Shown here in pieces: positions 59,854 to 64,000 of a stretch of 64,000 nt of DNA; positions within the stretch are counted from its first letter, which is position 1, and the number at the start of each line of letters is the position of its first letter. The notes beneath the pieces are model-generated. The model worked only from the letters and a program-made list of their open reading frames with translations, did not search any database and was not told the origin of the DNA. The position numbers and the translations under genes are program-made. This stretch comes from an uncultured Gammaproteobacteria bacterium (GTDB taxonomy: Bacteria; Patescibacteriota; Microgenomatia; Levybacterales; GWA1-39-11), in NCBI GenBank assembly GCA_964425075.1, contig CAYRKM010000002.1, positions 64,058-128,057 of the forward strand, in the 5' to 3' direction.

Positions 59854-60507
59854 TTATTGGGTCATCCATCCGTCAAGTTGATTTAGTAAATTAGCCTCAC
59901 TTGGTGTTAATGCTTTCACGTCATTAAGAAGCGCAGTAGGCAATACGTCGTAGGGTTTAAAAAAGAATTTTACATCATAACTTCCCAGTCCTTTATCGAT
60001 TCCTATTCTTGTTAACTCTACAAGAGGCAAACTTTGATAAAGATTTTCAGCGAATTTTTTTAAATTATTATTACTACCTTCCGCCTGAATTGTAACTGTC
60101 AAATAAGGTAATCCCTCAATGGATTTATTTGAACCAATTTTCTTACCTGTATCATAAATGTCACCAACGCGAAGACTAAATCCTTGAAGCCTAACATCTG
60201 CCCTGTTTGCAGCACTATTTAGCATCGTGAACATCAGCGCTACATCTTTTTGTGGTGGAAGTGCAGTTGTTGCTACAGTAAAATTTCTATCTAATACTTC
60301 TTTTGGAGTGGTTTGGATAAGTGTTAAAGAGTTTTGTAAATTTCCTACTGCTCCTGATTTTTTTTCAATTTGCTGATTGATTAATGATATTTCAGATAAT
60401 TGTGGAAGTGCAATTCTAAATAATATAAAAAACGAAGCAAAAATTAAGGCCACAGGCAATAACTGTTCTTTATATTTTTTATAAATCTGTCTTAATTCCT
60501 TCTCCAT
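59854..60507 (-). CDS. pilO: type IV pilus assembly protein PilO-like
   Basis: 217 aa, single N-terminal TM. It sits immediately downstream of pilM-pilN. The family call rests on context and architecture. Confidence 0.5.
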   Translation of the reverse strand: MEKELRQIYKKYKEQLLPVALIFASFFILFRIALPQLSEISLINQQIEKKSGAVGNLQNSLTLIQTTPKEVLDRNFTVATTALPPQKDVALMFTMLNSAANRADVRLQGFSLRVGDIYDTGKKIGSNKSIEGLPYLTVTIQAEGSNNNLKKFAENLYQSLPLVELTRIGIDKGLGSYDVKFFFKPYDVLPTALLNDVKALTPSEANLLNQLDGWMTQ

Positions 60508-60509
60508 TT

Positions 60510-61046
60510 TTAATTATAAGTTATCCCAAATATAACACTGTAAACTTTTGTAGTAGGGTTCAGCATAAAATTCTTCATTTCAATTTTCTTTATTCCTCTT
60601 TTTTTGTCTGTGGTTAAAGTTGAGATTTTTTCATTGATAAGCTCACCAAGAGAATCGAGACTATCCGACTCAACTTGCAACTCAATTTCTTCATCGGTCC
60701 CCGTAAATGTCTCAAGAGTAGCTTTTTGAGGGATTATGGTTGCCAATTCGTCAAATTTTGATGTTATATTAAGTCTTTTTCCTATTATTCTTTGGGACTC
60801 TTCGAGACGTTCTTTTATTGTTAGCATTTTGTCCCTCTGTTCTCTAAGTGAATTCAACTGAATTATTAAAGTCTCCTCATTATTAGACAAACTCGAAAGT
60901 TTTGTGCTTAAAACTAGTCTATACGACAGTATTCCAATCGAAATTATAACTACAACACTAAAAAGAACAGAAGCACCAAGAAGAACCCTTTTGGAAAGAG
61001 TGCTTTCCTTTTTTCTTCCAAGGGTAAGATTGATTTCTTTTTTCAT
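60510..61046 (-). CDS. pilN: type IV pilus assembly protein PilN-like
   Basis: 178 aa. Short cytoplasmic N-terminus (KKEINLTLG), one TM, then a coiled-coil region. It follows pilM. Confidence 0.6.
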   Translation of the reverse strand: MKKEINLTLGRKKESTLSKRVLLGASVLFSVVVIISIGILSYRLVLSTKLSSLSNNEETLIIQLNSLREQRDKMLTIKERLEESQRIIGKRLNITSKFDELATIIPQKATLETFTGTDEEIELQVESDSLDSLGELINEKISTLTTDKKRGIKKIEMKNFMLNPTTKVYSVIFGITYN

Positions 61047-61054
61047 TTCGCATT

Positions 61055-62077
61055 TTAAAGCAAATCTTTTAAAGCAAGCCCTACAACAACATTAAAGCTT
61101 AAAGCCTCTGGGGCAATTTCCGGTGGAACATTTTGCATATCATATACCTGAAATGAGTTACCCAATACTACTTGAATATTTAATTGGTTTGTAAAATAAA
61201 TATCGATACCTGGAAGTTGCGCTGAACCCCCAGAAAGAATTACTTGATTAACCTGCTCTTCGGGAAACTTTTCTTTGAATAGCAATAAAGTTTTTCGTAT
61301 ATCGCCTAGAATTGACTCCAAAATTGGAAATAACGATTTTCCTATTTTTCCTTCAAATGCTTCCTTATTAAGTCCATATGCTTTTTTGTATGATTCCGCC
61401 TGCGTAAGATCAATTCCTAGATCAAGAGATATCGCGCGAGTTATTGCTAATCCACCTTTGTCCACAGTGAAAACAGTTAGAATTTCTCCATCTTTGATAA
61501 CTGCAATTGTGGTTGTTATTGCCCCCATATGCACGATAATGCTTGCAGTTGGAACATTTACCAAAGGAAATAACGCCCTAACAACTGAAAGAATTTCCGT
61601 TTCAATAGTTACTACCGTAAAACCCGCTTGCTCTATAACACCTTCGTACTTTTCAAGCAATGCGTTGGGTGCTGCAACAATAAAAACACTGGTTGTGCCC
61701 TTATTATTACTATTGGAACCCAATATTTGCCAATCTGTTTTAACTTGATCTAGTGGAAGAGGGACGTACTGTTCCATTTCGTATTTAAGGGCAGCAGCTA
61801 ATTCTTTTTCGGACAATAACGGCATCTCCACAATTTTTGTGTAAACCTGATTCTCTGGAAGCGAAAGATTAACGTTTTTCTCCTTTATGTTTGCGCCTTC
61901 AACAGCCTTTTTAATTGCATCTGCGGATTCCATTAAGTCATCAGGAGCCTCAGAGAGAATTCCTTTTGTGGGTGCGATACCAACACCCAAATTTTCCACA
62001 GCGAGACTATTCCCATTTTTTTTAAGGGATAATGCTTTAATAGATGTCGTACCGATATCAAGTCCGAATGCGCTCAT
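61055..62077 (-). CDS. pilM: type IV pilus assembly ATPase-fold protein PilM
   Basis: Actin-like fold motifs GLDIGTTSIK and ILSGGSAQLPG. 340 aa. Confidence 0.8.
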   Translation of the reverse strand: MSAFGLDIGTTSIKALSLKKNGNSLAVENLGVGIAPTKGILSEAPDDLMESADAIKKAVEGANIKEKNVNLSLPENQVYTKIVEMPLLSEKELAAALKYEMEQYVPLPLDQVKTDWQILGSNSNNKGTTSVFIVAAPNALLEKYEGVIEQAGFTVVTIETEILSVVRALFPLVNVPTASIIVHMGAITTTIAVIKDGEILTVFTVDKGGLAITRAISLDLGIDLTQAESYKKAYGLNKEAFEGKIGKSLFPILESILGDIRKTLLLFKEKFPEEQVNQVILSGGSAQLPGIDIYFTNQLNIQVVLGNSFQVYDMQNVPPEIAPEALSFNVVVGLALKDLL

Positions 62078-62922
62078 TGAGAGAGTAGAGAATATGGAAA
62101 TACTTCAAGTGGCAATTGTGGAAATGATCTAAAATAAGTAACCTTTCTTACGGTGTTTCCTGCGGTTCCTGTAGACTCAACAACCGATCCCTGGGCTGGA
62201 AACGCAATAGGCGTTCCTCCGCTTACAGCGGTAACACCAATAAGCCCGGAATTAAAAACTGGTATTACCTTCATTATAAGACCATTGGTAACAGAAATAG
62301 TTGCTGAATTTCGAAATTCTTCGCTATTTTCACCAATTGTATAGTTTCCACTCGTACCCTGAGTGGCCCCGGTTATCCTACTGCACCCGCTTGCTTCAAA
62401 TACATACCTTGCCATTGAAGGAGAATTTTTGGAGCCCTGCAATACTGCTACTTCAATTGCAGGTGAGGTAGTATCACCACTGTTTGGCAAGCATGATATC
62501 TGCGAAGGACTTCGCCAATAAATTGTCACCAAAACAGGAGCTCCTGCTCCCATAGGATTATTAAATACTTCAGATTGAGTAGTCGAATAATCTGAAAGCC
62601 ATATATCAGCTCCTACGGCTTGATCAACCTCTTGACCATTATTAATAAGAAGTGATGCTCCGCTTTCAGCAGTGAATGAGGTAGTAAATGATGCATTGTT
62701 TTCATCAAAATTTAACGAGCTTGAGATAGACTGCTCTTGCTTTAAAGTTTGTTCTATTCCAGCTTCTGCAGCCTGAAATGCTCTTTGTGATTCTTCATTC
62801 TGGCGTGAAAGTCTAAGTTCCGTTACGATTCTTGAGGCAATAGAGAGACCAACAGTAAGCGCTACAATCATAGTCAAAACAACTATAAGAAGTATTTGGC
62901 CATTCTGGCGTTTTAAATTCAT
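62074..62922 (-). CDS. PilX-like minor pilin / pilus-associated protein
   Basis: The N-terminal RQNGQILLIVVLTMIVALTVGLSIASR helix is followed by a QNEESQRAFQAAEAGIE pattern typical of PilX N-terminal domains. Confidence 0.5.
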   Translation of the reverse strand: MNLKRQNGQILLIVVLTMIVALTVGLSIASRIVTELRLSRQNEESQRAFQAAEAGIEQTLKQEQSISSSLNFDENNASFTTSFTAESGASLLINNGQEVDQAVGADIWLSDYSTTQSEVFNNPMGAGAPVLVTIYWRSPSQISCLPNSGDTTSPAIEVAVLQGSKNSPSMARYVFEASGCSRITGATQGTSGNYTIGENSEEFRNSATISVTNGLIMKVIPVFNSGLIGVTAVSGGTPIAFPAQGSVVESTGTAGNTVRKVTYFRSFPQLPLEVFPYSLLSQ

Positions 62923-62978
62923 GCTGCTTTAATAATAGGGTCAAATGGGCAATTATGTCAAGCTCACTTGGCTAAAAA

Positions 62979-63575
62979 TTACTTAGGATTAAAATTGCGC
63001 ATCGTAGTTGATGTGGTAAAGACAGCAGTTGAACTGTTTTCTACAGTAGCATTTGCGTTTAGCTGAGAAAGTGTAAAAGTAATGTTAATTATGGGTATTG
63101 AATAAGGATTATTATCGCTTTGCTTACAGACAAAACTACAAGTAGCACTATCTGCCTTAACCGTGTTGTTGTCAATTAAATATGTTGTTGAAGATGCACT
63201 TGTTGATGCTATTGTGTCGTTCTGGCAAGCAAAAGTTATTAGGGACCCAGTTGATTGCTTTAGCTCTATACTACTTCCACTAGGATTTGCTGTACAATCG
63301 GTTATGGATACTCCTCCAATTTGTGTTACTGATTCTGAAAGGAGAATAGTATTTGAAATGACTGATAGGGCATAATTGCCGTTTTGCGCAACTTCATTTG
63401 TAACTTTTGATTTATTCCCACCCCTTAATGTTGAATACAATATTCCTGCAATAAGACTTGCAACGATTACGATAATTGTTGTAACTGCCAAAAGCTCAAT
63501 AAGGGTATACCCCCTATTGTCTATTGAGCATTTGACTGGATTATTAAATAAATTAAAATTTGAGATAGTTTTCAT
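62979..63575 (-). CDS. prepilin-type N-terminal cleavage/methylation-domain protein (pseudopilin)
   Basis: Class III signal RGYTLIELLAVTTIIVIVASLIAG. Confidence 0.75.
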   Translation of the reverse strand: MKTISNFNLFNNPVKCSIDNRGYTLIELLAVTTIIVIVASLIAGILYSTLRGGNKSKVTNEVAQNGNYALSVISNTILLSESVTQIGGVSITDCTANPSGSSIELKQSTGSLITFACQNDTIASTSASSTTYLIDNNTVKADSATCSFVCKQSDNNPYSIPIINITFTLSQLNANATVENSSTAVFTTSTTMRNFNPK

Positions 63576-63601
63576 TATTTTAGTATAGAATAATTTGTTA
63601 T

Positions 63602-64000
63602 TTAGGGTGTGGCATTACCAGCATAGGGAAAACACGACGAAAGGATGGAAGAATGGCAAAACGAATTGGAACTAGGACATTTACTTGAGGACCATTTACT
63701 TGTTACGGTTACCCGCGTTTCTCCATCTCTACATGGTGAAACATCTTTATTTAATTGGATAGTTCTAACATGAGTACCCCCTACGTTTACACTTGTGCAA
63801 TTTTCGGTTGTAAGGGTGGATGTATTTTCGTCAATACATGTTGTAATAAGATCATAGGACGCAAATTGCTGAATATCGTTTTGCTGCATGTTTCTTACAA
63901 ATTCCATGCCTTGCTGAGAATATTTGTTGGCAAGATTTTGATTTCTAATAAATTGGGAATTATAAATACTACTAACAACAACAATTGAAATTGCCGATAA
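63602..64000 (-). CDS. pilin-like protein, 5'-truncated by the window edge
   Basis: The reading frame stays open to nt 64000 (..LSAISIVVVSSIYNSQFIRNQNLANKYSQQGMEF..). This looks like the tail of a pilin N-terminal helix, so the track ATG at 63907 is probably internal. Confidence 0.5.
   Translation of the reverse strand, partial: LSAISIVVVSSIYNSQFIRNQNLANKYSQQGMEFVRNMQQNDIQQFASYDLITTCIDENTSTLTTENCTSVNVGGTHVRTIQLNKDVSPCRDGETRVTVTSKWSSSKCPSSNSFCHSSILSSCFPYAGNATP

Noticed and set aside
1-64000. Alternative genetic code (for example UGA recoded), as occurs in some candidate-phyla lineages
   Set aside because: Conserved genes (zwf, recG, pheS/T, tyrS, PBP1A) are full length under the standard code. 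TGA is used as a terminal stop, for example at 1745-1747, 21666-21668 and 50620-50622.

Overview
Low-G+C, gene-dense, standard-code bacterial window. The content looks like a streamlined Patescibacteria/CPR-type genome, which is an inference from three things. ThrRS, PheRS-beta and trigger factor are domain-minimised. There are many small membrane or surface proteins. There is a pilM-N-O cluster with pseudopilins, and little biosynthesis. I call about 80 CDS and 14 tRNAs. I recognise no rRNA, CRISPR, transposase or integrase. Core blocks are zwf-gnd, thrS-infC-rpmI-rplT, Nudix-pheS-pheT-Nudix, tyrS, recG, rpmF-nusB-rnc-rpsP-KH-trmD, a PBP1A, a D-Ala-D-Ala carboxypeptidase and a MurF-like ligase. 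Six items stand out. (1) One uninterrupted 1478-codon ORF (7809-12245) joins an SNF2-type ATPase to a complete group-1-like sigma-70. It carries an extra region-4-like HTH, and the next ORF carries a further sigma4/LuxR-like HTH. (2) A G+C-rich, hairpin-dense island of about 470 nt (36839-37310) has a consensus promoter and its own terminator. I cannot assign it to RNase P, tmRNA or SRP, and part of it shows a strong codon-like GC3 periodicity foreign to this genome. (3) A family of tandem 23-29 nt repeats built on a near-palindromic AGTGCWWGCACT box follows the 3' ends of many tRNA genes. Alongside it are truncated tRNA-derived duplications (Pro, Leu-GAG, Val-GAC, Gly-GCC). A 72-nt inverted repeat brackets two tRNA-Leu genes and two paralogous peptidoglycan-hydrolase-like genes. 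(4) A cluster of strong-SD micro-ORFs sits behind terminator/antiterminator-like leaders (42043-43241). (5) A membrane blue-copper protein lies next to an RnfD-like/FNR-fusion reductase and a ZIP transporter. (6) A TGnTATAAT-N6-ATG architecture recurs and implies leaderless mRNAs. All functional calls come from motif recognition by eye. No searches were run.
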